DNA of 64,000 bases, from assembly GCA_045641385.1 (NCBI GenBank), contig JAZUGV010000034.1, forward strand, positions 11,229 through 75,228, given 5' to 3'. Under the pieces are notes generated by a model. The model was given only the letters and a program-made list of their open reading frames with translations. It was not told the DNA's origin and searched no databases. The position numbers were made by a program, and so were the translations under genes. Below are positions 48,084 to 58,118 of the stretch, piece after piece (position 1 is the first letter of the stretch; each line of letters starts with the position of its first letter). The stretch is from Agathobacter sp. Lineage in GTDB: Bacteria > Bacillota > Clostridia > Lachnospirales > Lachnospiraceae.

Positions 48084-48643
48084 AAAAAGACCAGATATAT
48101 AATCTGGGCTTTTAATTTGAAATCTGTATCAGCCCACTGCGGCCATACTCTCTGGTTCCGCGATACTCGTTGCTCAAAACCACAACAACAGATTTATCTT
48201 CTATAGAAAATTACGTTTTACAAATTTTCCGTGCCGATTTTTCAAAAGTTTCCAGTGGTCTCTGCCTTAGGGAACCGCCCTTTCGTTAGAGTAAAGTGTG
48301 CAGTCCTTAGTGCCTGTGAAGCCTGAGGCACCGCATACGCGCCGGATGCGCGTATAGACATGCATAAGCCAGGGAAGGCGGTTCAGGTCGTGCGGTGCAC
48401 CATCAGGCTTCACAGACACATAGAACTGGTAGCTTTACGGCCACAAAGGCGTTCCTAAGGCAGAGGCCACCGGAAACTAAGAAAAAGCGCATTCCCTAAA
48501 TTGGAACGTAATTTTCTATAGAAGATAAATCCCGCCTTGTGTGATATTTAAGCAGCCGTATCCTTTGCGTGGAAACAGAGTGTATGGCTGCAGTGGACTC
48601 TGAAAGAGTTCAAAAAAAGACCAGGTACACACCTGGTCTTTTG
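48084..48643. repeat. ~560-bp imperfect palindrome (long inverted repeat) bounded by two related terminator-like hairpins; non-coding
   Basis: Nested complementary blocks centred near 48363: 48134-48148/48582-48596, 48191-48217/48505-48531 (27/27), 48247-48271/48454-48478, 48310-48326/48403-48419, 48328-48335/48391-48398. Confidence 0.92.
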
Positions 48644-48655
48644 CATTTGATTTTC

Positions 48656-49639
48656 TTATCTAGGAACCACTTTGGTCACGAAATCAGCCAGCCCATCCTC
48701 TAATGCTTCCTCCAAATCATCCTGGAATGAATACTTATATACGTTGACATAAGATGTTCCCAGCTCTGATTCGTTTGGACTGTTTTGACACCACTCATAG
48801 GTATCTGTGTTTGCATTGTACTGATAATAGTTGATTACGCTATCCTCGCCATGCAGATTTGGCTCATTTTTGATCCAGTTGGTATCCAGGAAAAATACAG
48901 AAGTGCTGTCATCCATATATTCCACATAAATATCATCTGCTGCAATATCATTGACATCATAGATTCTATAATCCCAGTCTGCTGAGGCAGGAGAAGCCAG
49001 CAGACAGATAATCAGTTCCTCGCGTTCATCATGGTCGATATCCATAATGATGAAGTAGTTTTCCGGCTTTTTTAGGCTGTTATCTACATTTCCATAAATT
49101 GGGAACGTGCCGTTTGTTCGCATCTCCTCAATTTTGCCAAGATAATATCTGCGGCGATCCAAGGACTCCTGGTATTTTGCATCATAGCGTTCCTGGTAGT
49201 CGTCGACTTCTTCCACTGGTGGCTCTCCCTCAACTATCTCCGACGCTGGATTCTGCACTTTTGGGACATTTTTGTTTTGCATCTTTACAAATCCTGCAAT
49301 CGAAACAACAGAAAGAATCAAAACCACTCCACAGGCAATCCCAATACCTGCAAGCGCACCTACCGACAATCCTGTTTTTGCAGCCAGTGAGCCTGCCTTA
49401 GCTGCCCCCTGTGCCAAGCCTTTTCCTGCAGCGCCACTCTGTGCCTGGGCTGCTACTCCCTGTGGCTGAGTCGCATTCTGCGTTCCTCCAATGCTTGGGC
49501 CAGCACTGCTGCCCTGTGGCTGTGCCACGTTTTGTGCCCCTCCAATCCCAGAGCCTGTTACAGGGCCCACAGCGGTCCCGCATTTAATGCAAAACTTTGT
49601 GCCAGACTGTAGGTTTGTTCCGCAATTTTTACAAAACAT
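48656..49639 (-). CDS. Zinc-ribbon domain single-pass membrane protein
   Basis: MFCKNCG...FCIKCG, Gly/Ala/Gln linker, TM, acidic ectodomain with DIDHDEREEL. ATG 49639 after GGAGG. Confidence 0.85.
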   Translation of the reverse strand: MFCKNCGTNLQSGTKFCIKCGTAVGPVTGSGIGGAQNVAQPQGSSAGPSIGGTQNATQPQGVAAQAQSGAAGKGLAQGAAKAGSLAAKTGLSVGALAGIGIACGVVLILSVVSIAGFVKMQNKNVPKVQNPASEIVEGEPPVEEVDDYQERYDAKYQESLDRRRYYLGKIEEMRTNGTFPIYGNVDNSLKKPENYFIIMDIDHDEREELIICLLASPASADWDYRIYDVNDIAADDIYVEYMDDSTSVFFLDTNWIKNEPNLHGEDSVINYYQYNANTDTYEWCQNSPNESELGTSYVNVYKYSFQDDLEEALEDGLADFVTKVVPR

Positions 49640-49798
49640 AAAAATACCTCCAAATATTTTATCCAAAACTATGATGTCCTAAGGAAATGTCCAAAACATC
49701 CCTTTTATAACAGAAGGATACCCTAAATCCTTCATCGGTTTTAGAAAATTCTATTTTTTGATATTTTATCATTGAATTTGCTTTTTGCCTATCTGCAG

Positions 49799-50695
49799 CT
49801 AGTGTTTCTTTTCAGAGATTGCAATACAGCCAATATATAGGGCAATGAATACCACTACTGTAATTACCATGATAAGCATCATCTGCCCAACACCGACTAC
49901 ATTTCCATGGAACGAAATCCTGCAATCCAAGGAAGCTGCTATGCCATCGACCACCTCACTTGGAAATCCAGTCTCTTCCATTTCGGCAAACACACCTGCG
50001 AGCGCATGATTTTTCAACATGGATGTACCATAGGTGCCTGGAAGAAACTTTAAGGCCTTCTGTAATCCCTCTCCAAAATTGGAAATTGGCATATACGCGC
50101 CACAAATAAATCCATAGCCGGCGCTGATGATAGCACTTACTCCTGACAACTGTCCCTGCGTCTTAAGTGGATAGCAGACGATACTCGAAATTGATGCACC
50201 AAATAAAACCAATACTATCAAATCCACCAAAATTAAAAGGACATCCGTAACCCCAAGATACCAGCCCATTGTTGCCATATAAATCAAGCCAAGCACAAGG
50301 GCTACCAAATTGACCATCAGAGAATTCAAAACAGTAGCCACAAAATAGCCAAATGCAATCTTACTCTTTTCCACTGGTGCTACCGCAAAATCCTTAATTG
50401 CGCCACTTACGCGGTCCGAAACCATAGTAAGATTTACACAGAAAGAAACGGTGATACAGCTGACTGCAAGAAGTGCCGCCACCAGCTGACCAGCGACCGT
50501 TCCATTGATTAATTTGTCACTTACCTCCATAAATTCTGGCAGACTTGAACGAAAGCTGTCTCGATAAACGTTTGCCAAAAAAGTTGCATAGAGCACGATT
50601 AAAATCAACGGAGTAACCAGGGAAGTAAATAACATTCCCTTGTCCTTAAAGAAAAGCTTTCTATTTCTACGAATTAATGCAAATGTTGTCTTCAC
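49799..50695 (-). CDS. ABC-2 type permease
   Basis: ~6 TM; adjacent to the ATPase gene. Confidence 0.88.
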   Translation of the reverse strand: MKTTFALIRRNRKLFFKDKGMLFTSLVTPLILIVLYATFLANVYRDSFRSSLPEFMEVSDKLINGTVAGQLVAALLAVSCITVSFCVNLTMVSDRVSGAIKDFAVAPVEKSKIAFGYFVATVLNSLMVNLVALVLGLIYMATMGWYLGVTDVLLILVDLIVLVLFGASISSIVCYPLKTQGQLSGVSAIISAGYGFICGAYMPISNFGEGLQKALKFLPGTYGTSMLKNHALAGVFAEMEETGFPSEVVDGIAASLDCRISFHGNVVGVGQMMLIMVITVVVFIALYIGCIAISEKKH

Positions 50696-51603
50696 TACTG
50701 CTCACCTCCTAAAACCTTTCCGGTGACGGCAAGAAAGACATCATCCATACCGCCCTTGATTACCTCGTAATCTTTCATCAAATCCTGATGCTCGACAATC
50801 AGTTTGGTCGCCTCTTCGGTATTTTCCACATAAAGCTTAAAGCCATCTCGAATGGCAGTATATTCTTTATTCAGCGACTGAATCTGCTCCTCTGTCACAC
50901 CGTAAATCATAATACTGTCCTTAACATACTGATTTTTCAATTCGAGTGGCGTTCCCTCTGCAACAATTTTTCCGCTGTCTAAAATTACTACGTAGTCAGC
51001 CGATACCGCTTCCTCCATATAGTGAGTAGTCAGAAATACTGTCATTTCTTCCTTTTTTCGCAATTCCTCCACAACATCCCAAATCATTTTTCTGGTCTGT
51101 GGGTCTAAGCCTGTGGTTGGCTCATCCAAAATCAAAATTTCCGGCTTATGAAAAATCGCTCTTGCGATATCGATTCTTCTCTTCTGTCCCCCAGAAAGCT
51201 TGCCGATTGGGCGATTGATATAATCATCAAATTTCAATATATCAATGAGCTCCTTTAATCGATTTTCAAAGGCAGCCCCTGTAATACCGTAAAGAGCCGC
51301 ACGGCTTTTCAAATTATCATACACGCTGAGCGCTTTATCGAGCACACTGTCCTGAAACACTACCCCAATCTGACCCTTTATCTGATCGATTTGCTTTGTT
51401 GTATCCATTCCATTGACTAGCACTTCGCCACTGTCCTTTTTTAGTTGTCCGCACATGATTGAGATCGTTGTACTTTTTCCAGCGCCGTTCACTCCTAAAA
51501 AAGCAAATAACTCCCCTTTTTTCACGCGAAAGCTGATATCATTTACGGCCTTCACATCCTTGAAGGACTTACATAAATGGTCAATTTGAATAATGTTTTC
51601 CAT
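50695..51603 (-). CDS. ABC transporter ATP-binding protein
   Basis: GVNGAGKST, LSGGQ, ILDEPTTGLD, TTHYMEEA. Confidence 0.93.
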   Translation of the reverse strand: MENIIQIDHLCKSFKDVKAVNDISFRVKKGELFAFLGVNGAGKSTTISIMCGQLKKDSGEVLVNGMDTTKQIDQIKGQIGVVFQDSVLDKALSVYDNLKSRAALYGITGAAFENRLKELIDILKFDDYINRPIGKLSGGQKRRIDIARAIFHKPEILILDEPTTGLDPQTRKMIWDVVEELRKKEEMTVFLTTHYMEEAVSADYVVILDSGKIVAEGTPLELKNQYVKDSIMIYGVTEEQIQSLNKEYTAIRDGFKLYVENTEEATKLIVEHQDLMKDYEVIKGGMDDVFLAVTGKVLGGEQ

Positions 51604-51850
51604 ATTCTCTCCCCTCTCTTGAGCGCATCCTTTCATTTCTGGTAACAGCACCGCCACTTATGCGCTCAAAAATTATAATAACAGTATTGCATAAGTATAT
51701 CAAAAAGAGTCCTTTGCTCTGCACCCGTTTTTCAATATTAAGAAAGAATTAAGAGTCACCTGTTTTGATATATGCTAAATTATAAATGCACAGCAGGAAA
51801 CACTTTCCCATGATGTGCACTGTAGTATTTTTTTAGAGGAGAATAAAACC

Positions 51851-52840
51851 ATGAAAAAAAAGATTTGTTTACTATTGCTCGCAGGAATGTTGCTCACTGG
51901 CTGTGCTGCTTCATCAAACGATAATAGCAGCAAGAATCCAGCAAACATCACCACAGAAAACAGCGAAACAGACAATACAAGCATCGAGCTTAAGGACCCA
52001 ACCGATGCCAGTCTCTTCGTTGAAGAGGGGGATTATCTCTTTGTTGAAGGTACTGTTAGCAGTTCCGTTGAAGGAATCGAGGAATCCGGAAAGATCACAG
52101 AAAAGTATATTCATGTTGCAAAAGATGAACCTATTTTCAACAGTGAGTTTTTAGAGCCAGGAAGTAAAGAGGCTATTGATAACATGTCAACTGCCTTAAA
52201 TCTTCATGTAGATGAGAGCTTTGCATTTTCGATGGAAGGTGGCGATGGCCTTTATAACTACACCTATAAAATCAAAGAGATCATCAAACCAGATTGGATA
52301 CTCACAGTTGCAAAAAGCTCAAGGGAGAATGCCACCACAGATGAGGACACCATGGCCTTTTTAAATGAATGGGTAAATGCTTCCAACAACTATGGATTTT
52401 TACTCTCAAACTACGAAAATGTCTGTAATGTGGATCTTTCTGAACTGTTCCATGCATTTCCAACTACTGAAGGCTCAGAAATCACGGAAGAAGACATTGC
52501 AAATGTTCTTGATATGTGGGGTGGCAACGGAGAAGACTTTGAGTTAAACAAAGCCACTACCGCCGAACTGGATGACTATCTGCTTCAGACCACAGGCCAT
52601 CGCTTAAGCGAAATGACTCGCTATGAGGAGGACATGAGTGTGCGCTACTGCCAAAAAAATGACACCTACTATAGTAATGTCACTGATACCAACTACTGTT
52701 CCTTCACCTGCCTCACCTGTCTGAAGATCGGTGACTATAAATATGCACTGTGTGGTGGCCTTTATGGCAACATCACCGTTTTGGTATTAGATGAAAACAA
52801 TCTCGTCGTATCTAACACCATGTTAAACTCATTGTATTAA
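51851..52840 (+). CDS. Acidic lipoprotein of unknown function
   Basis: MKKK + hydrophobic + LTGC lipobox. GAGGAG RBS before ATG 51851. Confidence 0.82.
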   Translation: MKKKICLLLLAGMLLTGCAASSNDNSSKNPANITTENSETDNTSIELKDPTDASLFVEEGDYLFVEGTVSSSVEGIEESGKITEKYIHVAKDEPIFNSEFLEPGSKEAIDNMSTALNLHVDESFAFSMEGGDGLYNYTYKIKEIIKPDWILTVAKSSRENATTDEDTMAFLNEWVNASNNYGFLLSNYENVCNVDLSELFHAFPTTEGSEITEEDIANVLDMWGGNGEDFELNKATTAELDDYLLQTTGHRLSEMTRYEEDMSVRYCQKNDTYYSNVTDTNYCSFTCLTCLKIGDYKYALCGGLYGNITVLVLDENNLVVSNTMLNSLY

Positions 52841-52874
52841 TCCAAACTTATCGAATCAATAATACAGAAAAAAC

Positions 52875-52923
52875 AAAGGCCATAGACAAAAGGGATTTCC
52901 TTTCGTTCTATGGCCTTCTTTTA
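52875..52923. terminator. Bidirectional terminator between convergent genes
   Basis: AAGGCCATAGA...TCTATGGCCTT. Confidence 0.7.
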
Positions 52924-52945
52924 TTTTAAAATAAGTTGCCGAACT

Positions 52946-53506
52946 TTAAAGCCAAGTTTCAACGCCTTCCTTTCTTGAAGGTCTGGCACTTGGAACAGTC
53001 TCAGGATAGCCCATGACAAGCGTTCCCCTCACCTCGTATCCCTCAGGCACAAAGTGAGACTTGTTCTTTGCGGTCTCCTCTGTCACAAAAACATCCTGCG
53101 AGAAAACAGTCAGCCAGGTTGCGCTAAGTCCCAAAGACTGGGCTGCGTTCATAATATTTCCAGCTGCAAGATATGGTCCTGCAAGAGGCCATGGAACATC
53201 TGTTGGACCAGAAATCATAATGACAACCGGAGCCCCAAAATAGTCATTTGGAAATGGCCAGGTTGCTCCAGGAGGTGCAAGTCTCTTGAAATCCTCTGGC
53301 TCTGGGCCAACCGATTTCAAAAGCAGCTCCTTCTCCTCTTCTTTCGTAATAATTGTAAAATGCCATCCCTGCATATTATGGCCGCTTGGCGCATATTTTG
53401 CTGCGTCAATGATTGCCTCAAGCACCTCTCGCTCTACTGGCTTGTTTGAATACTTGCGGCAGCTGAAGCGCTGCTTCATGTTCTGTAAAACCTCATTTGT
53501 AATCAT
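52946..53506 (-). CDS. Nitroreductase family protein
   Basis: RFSCRKY, APSGHNMQGWHF, AAQSLGL, MGYP. Confidence 0.9.
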   Translation of the reverse strand: MITNEVLQNMKQRFSCRKYSNKPVEREVLEAIIDAAKYAPSGHNMQGWHFTIITKEEEKELLLKSVGPEPEDFKRLAPPGATWPFPNDYFGAPVVIMISGPTDVPWPLAGPYLAAGNIMNAAQSLGLSATWLTVFSQDVFVTEETAKNKSHFVPEGYEVRGTLVMGYPETVPSARPSRKEGVETWL

Positions 53507-53520
53507 AGTCCCTCCACAAT

Positions 53521-55494
53521 TTATACCCTTGTCAAATAGTTACGTATTACGGACTCTAATTTTGCCGTAACAATTGGTTTATCTAAATATTCATTAAACC
53601 CTTCTTTTAAGTAATATTCCTTCGCCCCAGACTGCGCATTCGAGGTCAGCGCTACTGCAGGTACTTTTGCATACTCTCCACCCAAATCACGCATTTTATG
53701 AAGCGTCTCAATGCCATCCAAATCTGGCATCATATGGTCAATAAACACCAAATCATATTGATTTTTTTGCATCATCATAAGACCAGTTTTTCCACCGTTA
53801 GCCAGATCAACACGTGCCCCATAAGGCTTAAGCAATGCAGATACTACTCTTAAATTCATCGGCATGTCATCGATGACAAGAATTCTTTTTTCAGATGCAT
53901 CAAAAGACTTTTCATCTTTCTCTACTGCTGCCTCAATGTTAACCACTTTTTGTGGAAGCACAAAAGAAAAAGTAGAGCCCTTTTGGTAGACACTTTCCAC
54001 GCTTAAGGTTCCGCCCATCTGTTCCAGAAGCGAAGTCACAATATAAAGACCAAGCCCTGTGCCCTCGATTTTTTGGGCGAAGCCAAGTCCCACTCGCTTA
54101 TAGGCGCTGGTCAGTTTATCAAGATCTTCTTCTATAATTCCAATGCCTGTGTCCTTTACCGTCACTTTGAGAGCGAATTCTCCACTCTTTTCTGTAATTC
54201 CTTCGATACCAAAGAATACATTTCCTTCTGTTGTATATTTTACTGCATTTGTAAGCAAATTCATAATAATTTGCGTTACGCGAACAACATCTCCATATAA
54301 GCGCTTTGGAAGCTCTGGCGAAATATCCACCAAAAAGCCCAAATCCTTTTCAAGCACCTGCGCGCTAATCATAGTACCAATTTCGTTTAGCATTTCTTCT
54401 GGAGCATACTCAACCTCGACTATCTCCATTTTTCCAGCTTCAATTTTTGAGCTGTCCAAAATGTCATTGATCAGTCCAAGCATATATTTTCCAGAGTTTC
54501 GGATGTCTTTTGCATACCTCTGAATTTCAGGCTCTGTAGAATCACGCAGGATGACCTCGTTTAGTCCAAGAATCGAATTTAATGGAGTTCGAATCTCATG
54601 TGACATATTCGAAAACAGCTTCGTTCTGGCCTTTGTTGCCTCCATCAGCTTTTCGTTTTGCTCTGCAACCGCATTCACCACGCTGTCCTGAGAAAGAAGT
54701 TCCTTCATCTCCTCCTCGATATCCTCTACCGTGTAGATAAATCTTGGATTATTGCGACTAAAATCTCGCGTCCGCGCAAATGCCAGACGCGACCAGACAT
54801 ATTTGCCACTCAAATTTCTCATGCGGAGTACGATATGAAAGCTAGGTCGTTGCTCCAACTGATTGATAATATGCTCCGGCGAGGACACACGCAAAAAATT
54901 ATCCTTCTCCGACTCCATAACAACCGTCGATACTCTAAGTCTCCAGTCTGAATAGCTAAGGTTCGCATAATTTCTATTTTGCATACTGAGTTCTGCCACA
55001 TTTGAGTTGAGACATAAATCTTTTTTTAAATCGACAATCATTGAAAATAGATAATTATTCTGCAATGCATCAATTTTTTCGGAATTCAAATCCCCATTTT
55101 CGCTGAAGCGTTCCAAACGTCGAAAAGCTACTACCGATTCCTCTTCCGAAATTTTTCGCATGGAAAGCCGATACAGTCTTTCATTCTCCCCCAGGGATAG
55201 ATGAATTTCACTTTCAAATCGTTCCTTTTCAAAAACGGTTTTATCCCAGAACATCTGGTACCCCTGATCAATTCCTGCATCCACGCTCTTTGTTTGGCAA
55301 AATAAATTCGCAAACAGCTCTGTTCTGTCAGAGCACTTCTTCAAATAGACATCCCATGCCTCATCCGACTTAATGATTTCATAATGTTCTGTCTTGTTAT
55401 TGACCAAAAGAATGCAGTCCAATTCCTCGAAATTGCGCAAAAGAATGCGATTCATTTGCTTTGGATATTTGGTCATAATCTGCTCAAATTTCAT
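53521..55494 (-). CDS. Soluble hybrid histidine kinase (PAS-like-HisKA-HATPase-REC)
   Basis: MSHEIRTP, NAVKYT, DTGIGI, EGTGLGL, VIDD..FIDHMMP..KP; no TM. Confidence 0.9.
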   Translation of the reverse strand: MKFEQIMTKYPKQMNRILLRNFEELDCILLVNNKTEHYEIIKSDEAWDVYLKKCSDRTELFANLFCQTKSVDAGIDQGYQMFWDKTVFEKERFESEIHLSLGENERLYRLSMRKISEEESVVAFRRLERFSENGDLNSEKIDALQNNYLFSMIVDLKKDLCLNSNVAELSMQNRNYANLSYSDWRLRVSTVVMESEKDNFLRVSSPEHIINQLEQRPSFHIVLRMRNLSGKYVWSRLAFARTRDFSRNNPRFIYTVEDIEEEMKELLSQDSVVNAVAEQNEKLMEATKARTKLFSNMSHEIRTPLNSILGLNEVILRDSTEPEIQRYAKDIRNSGKYMLGLINDILDSSKIEAGKMEIVEVEYAPEEMLNEIGTMISAQVLEKDLGFLVDISPELPKRLYGDVVRVTQIIMNLLTNAVKYTTEGNVFFGIEGITEKSGEFALKVTVKDTGIGIIEEDLDKLTSAYKRVGLGFAQKIEGTGLGLYIVTSLLEQMGGTLSVESVYQKGSTFSFVLPQKVVNIEAAVEKDEKSFDASEKRILVIDDMPMNLRVVSALLKPYGARVDLANGGKTGLMMMQKNQYDLVFIDHMMPDLDGIETLHKMRDLGGEYAKVPAVALTSNAQSGAKEYYLKEGFNEYLDKPIVTAKLESVIRNYLTRV

Positions 55495-58118
55495 TTGCTA
55501 CCTGCTGTTCTTTCCTCTAATAAAGCAATTCCCTGCTCATAGTCAAACTCTTCATAGGCTAGTTTTACCTTGTCAAATAGAGCTTTATCATCATCGTCTA
55601 AAGCAACCTGCTCTATCTGTTCCATCGCTTCCTCAATGAGGTCAATGCTGTAATCCAAAAAGCCTAGTGACAGCTGCTTAAACAGCTGATCCACATCTTC
55701 CCTCGCCATTTCAACTTTGGTGCCCTTGTCTTCCTCCACCTCATTCAGCAGCATATAATTTTTTTCTCTTCCAACAAGTTCAATCGTCTCTCTTAAATTA
55801 TTAAGAAACTCCTGCATATGCGCTTCAACATATAGGGAATGCCCAGCCTTAACTGCCATTTCCATAACCTCAGCCAAATCACCCATCACAGGATAATTGA
55901 TCTGTCTGCTAAGGCCTTTTATACCGTGAACCTTTATGCGAAACAGTGCGATATCCTCTTTATATATCTTTGGAAGTTCCTCCAAAAGAGGCGTCATTTC
56001 CTTTACGTAGGACTCTAAGATCTGGCAATACTGCTTCTTTTGGCTGTGTAAGCTGTGCTTTAATAAATCCTCAGAAGGCAGCATGCGCTTCTCTTCATCC
56101 ATGTATCCCTCGATACATTTCTTTAGCAGCACGCGATCCACCGGCTTAAAGATGCAGTCCATAAAGCCATAAACATCCTTTAGTTCATTCACATTAACGG
56201 AATGATCGGCTGTCACTGCTATGATTGGCACCTCAGAGAATTCACGTATTAGTTTTCCTGCATCCTCTCCCGAGAGCCCAGGCATCATGAGATCCATAAA
56301 AATCATATCCGGCATTTTCGTTTTTGCCAGTTCCACTGCCTGATCCCCGTCCTCTGCCTCGATCACCTTGACCTTCCATGGCTTTGTCAGTTCTTCCAAA
56401 ATCTGACGATTAACAGCAATGTCATCTACCACCAAAATCGTGGCATCCGGATAAATATATTGTGGCGAAACGGTATCCTCAATAAATTTACTCAAATCCA
56501 CAAAATCGCTTGCACGCTTTTGCACAGGCGACAAATAACCGCAAGGAACCTGATTCTGATACAGTTCAAGATGTATTACATCATTTTCACCCTGACGATC
56601 AATGGATAAAGTTCCGCCCAAAAGCGAAACAAACTTTCTTGCAACCACGACCTCTAAGTTATTACTCATTTCCTGAGGAAATTCTGTTCGTCCATCATAG
56701 TCTATATCACAGACTATTTTCACGCGCTGTGTCGCAATATGTGCCTCAAACCAAACATGAAGGACAACCTTCCCCCCCTGACAATTATCCACATTTGTCA
56801 TAATCAGATTGCAAAGGACATCGCGAATTCGGTTCTCATCTCCCTCTAATATTTCAGGATAATTTGTATGGATGTTTACCTGATAATCAATGGACTGCAA
56901 AGCCAGATAATGAATCAGCTTTGTAGAAATTTCATACACCAGATCATCCACCTTATACGCGGCATTTTGCATTTCAATGCCTTCTACCTCAAACACGGAA
57001 GAATCATATACCGCATTTGAAAGGCTGAGCATTTTTTCGCCAGACATCTGCATCTGTCTTAACAGTTTTTGATCAAAAGGAGATAAATTCTTACGTCCCT
57101 GCAAAATTTTACTAACACCTAAGATTGCATGAAGAGGGCTCCGAATCTCATGGCTAAGCTGAGCGATAAAGCCGTTTCTTTCCATCAGCATTTTTACCGC
57201 ATCCTCAGCATGTTCCTGCGTTGTCAGAATTTCATTCTGCATCTTTGTGATATCAACCACAGAAAAAATATAGCCCTTTAAATGTTTTCTGTGGTAAACC
57301 GGTGTACGGGTCATTTGCAGGTGCTTTCCGCCCAGATCAAATTCGTATGGGTTTGTAAAGGTAAGAAACTCCTTAAGCCACGGTCCATCCGCGAGCAGCT
57401 CTCTTAAAAAATTCTCCGCCTCTGCATTTGCACTGAGCATGTATCCGTTTTTATCAACCAGTAAAAGCGCAAAATCAGAATATTTATATACATCCTCCTG
57501 CAAAAACAGCTTATCATCTACCAACTGGTCACTAATCATAAGATACATAAAGATTAAGCAGACCACATCTAAACACAGGCACATGGAAATCGAACCAGGA
57601 ACCCCAAGATGATTTACTAAAAATAAATCTGCACTTGGCAAAAAAATTGAAACATATAGGAGAACACTCACCTTACGACTAGCCTTCTTCTTCGTATAAC
57701 GAAACATGAGGATTAACACAATGGCAATCATTGTCAGCATGTATACCCAACACATAATCTGATAGATGACCATATAATCCAACTGATGTCGCGAGTAATC
57801 AAAGATGATGTAATCTGTAATCAAAAGACTGACAAAAAAGAGCAAATCAAGAGGCAATGGCCAGTGAAAATCCACAAAATCAATCAGATAATTCATAACA
57901 AGATAAATCATCTGCAAAATCAGCAGATGCTTTAATATCTGAAAGCTCAAATGTTCCCCTGTCGCTGCCTCAACAATCAAATATATTTCGTATAAAGCAA
58001 CCAAGCCCAAGACTAACGGAAGCAGTCTATGGGCTCTTGAATGCGTTTGAAGTACAATATAAAGTTCCAAAACAATAAAAGTTAATAATAAAGAAACACT
58101 GAAAAAAGCTACTGTCAT
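55491..58118 (-). CDS. Multi-TM hybrid kinase-like protein (PAS-HisKA-degenerate HATPase-REC-Hpt)
   Basis: ~7 TM; LSHEIRSP; N and G boxes eroded; REC VVDD..FMD..KP; Hpt VHGIKG. Confidence 0.82.
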   Translation of the reverse strand: MTVAFFSVSLLLTFIVLELYIVLQTHSRAHRLLPLVLGLVALYEIYLIVEAATGEHLSFQILKHLLILQMIYLVMNYLIDFVDFHWPLPLDLLFFVSLLITDYIIFDYSRHQLDYMVIYQIMCWVYMLTMIAIVLILMFRYTKKKASRKVSVLLYVSIFLPSADLFLVNHLGVPGSISMCLCLDVVCLIFMYLMISDQLVDDKLFLQEDVYKYSDFALLLVDKNGYMLSANAEAENFLRELLADGPWLKEFLTFTNPYEFDLGGKHLQMTRTPVYHRKHLKGYIFSVVDITKMQNEILTTQEHAEDAVKMLMERNGFIAQLSHEIRSPLHAILGVSKILQGRKNLSPFDQKLLRQMQMSGEKMLSLSNAVYDSSVFEVEGIEMQNAAYKVDDLVYEISTKLIHYLALQSIDYQVNIHTNYPEILEGDENRIRDVLCNLIMTNVDNCQGGKVVLHVWFEAHIATQRVKIVCDIDYDGRTEFPQEMSNNLEVVVARKFVSLLGGTLSIDRQGENDVIHLELYQNQVPCGYLSPVQKRASDFVDLSKFIEDTVSPQYIYPDATILVVDDIAVNRQILEELTKPWKVKVIEAEDGDQAVELAKTKMPDMIFMDLMMPGLSGEDAGKLIREFSEVPIIAVTADHSVNVNELKDVYGFMDCIFKPVDRVLLKKCIEGYMDEEKRMLPSEDLLKHSLHSQKKQYCQILESYVKEMTPLLEELPKIYKEDIALFRIKVHGIKGLSRQINYPVMGDLAEVMEMAVKAGHSLYVEAHMQEFLNNLRETIELVGREKNYMLLNEVEEDKGTKVEMAREDVDQLFKQLSLGFLDYSIDLIEEAMEQIEQVALDDDDKALFDKVKLAYEEFDYEQGIALLEERTAGSK

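Noticed and set aside
48084-48643. Known ncRNA (SRP RNA, 6S, hammerhead/twister/pistol ribozyme) or CRISPR array as identity of the palindrome
   Set aside because: By eye there is no SRP CAGG..GGAA..AGCAG domain and no CUGAUGA/GAAA hammerhead core (nearest is CUGAUGG). It is far longer than 6S and has no direct repeat-spacer pattern. A covariance-model search is still needed.
49440-49560. Two ~15-aa repeats (IGGAQNVAQPQG / IGGTQNATQPQG) in the zinc-ribbon linker
   Set aside because: Ordinary low-complexity linker duplication; not treated as a separate system.
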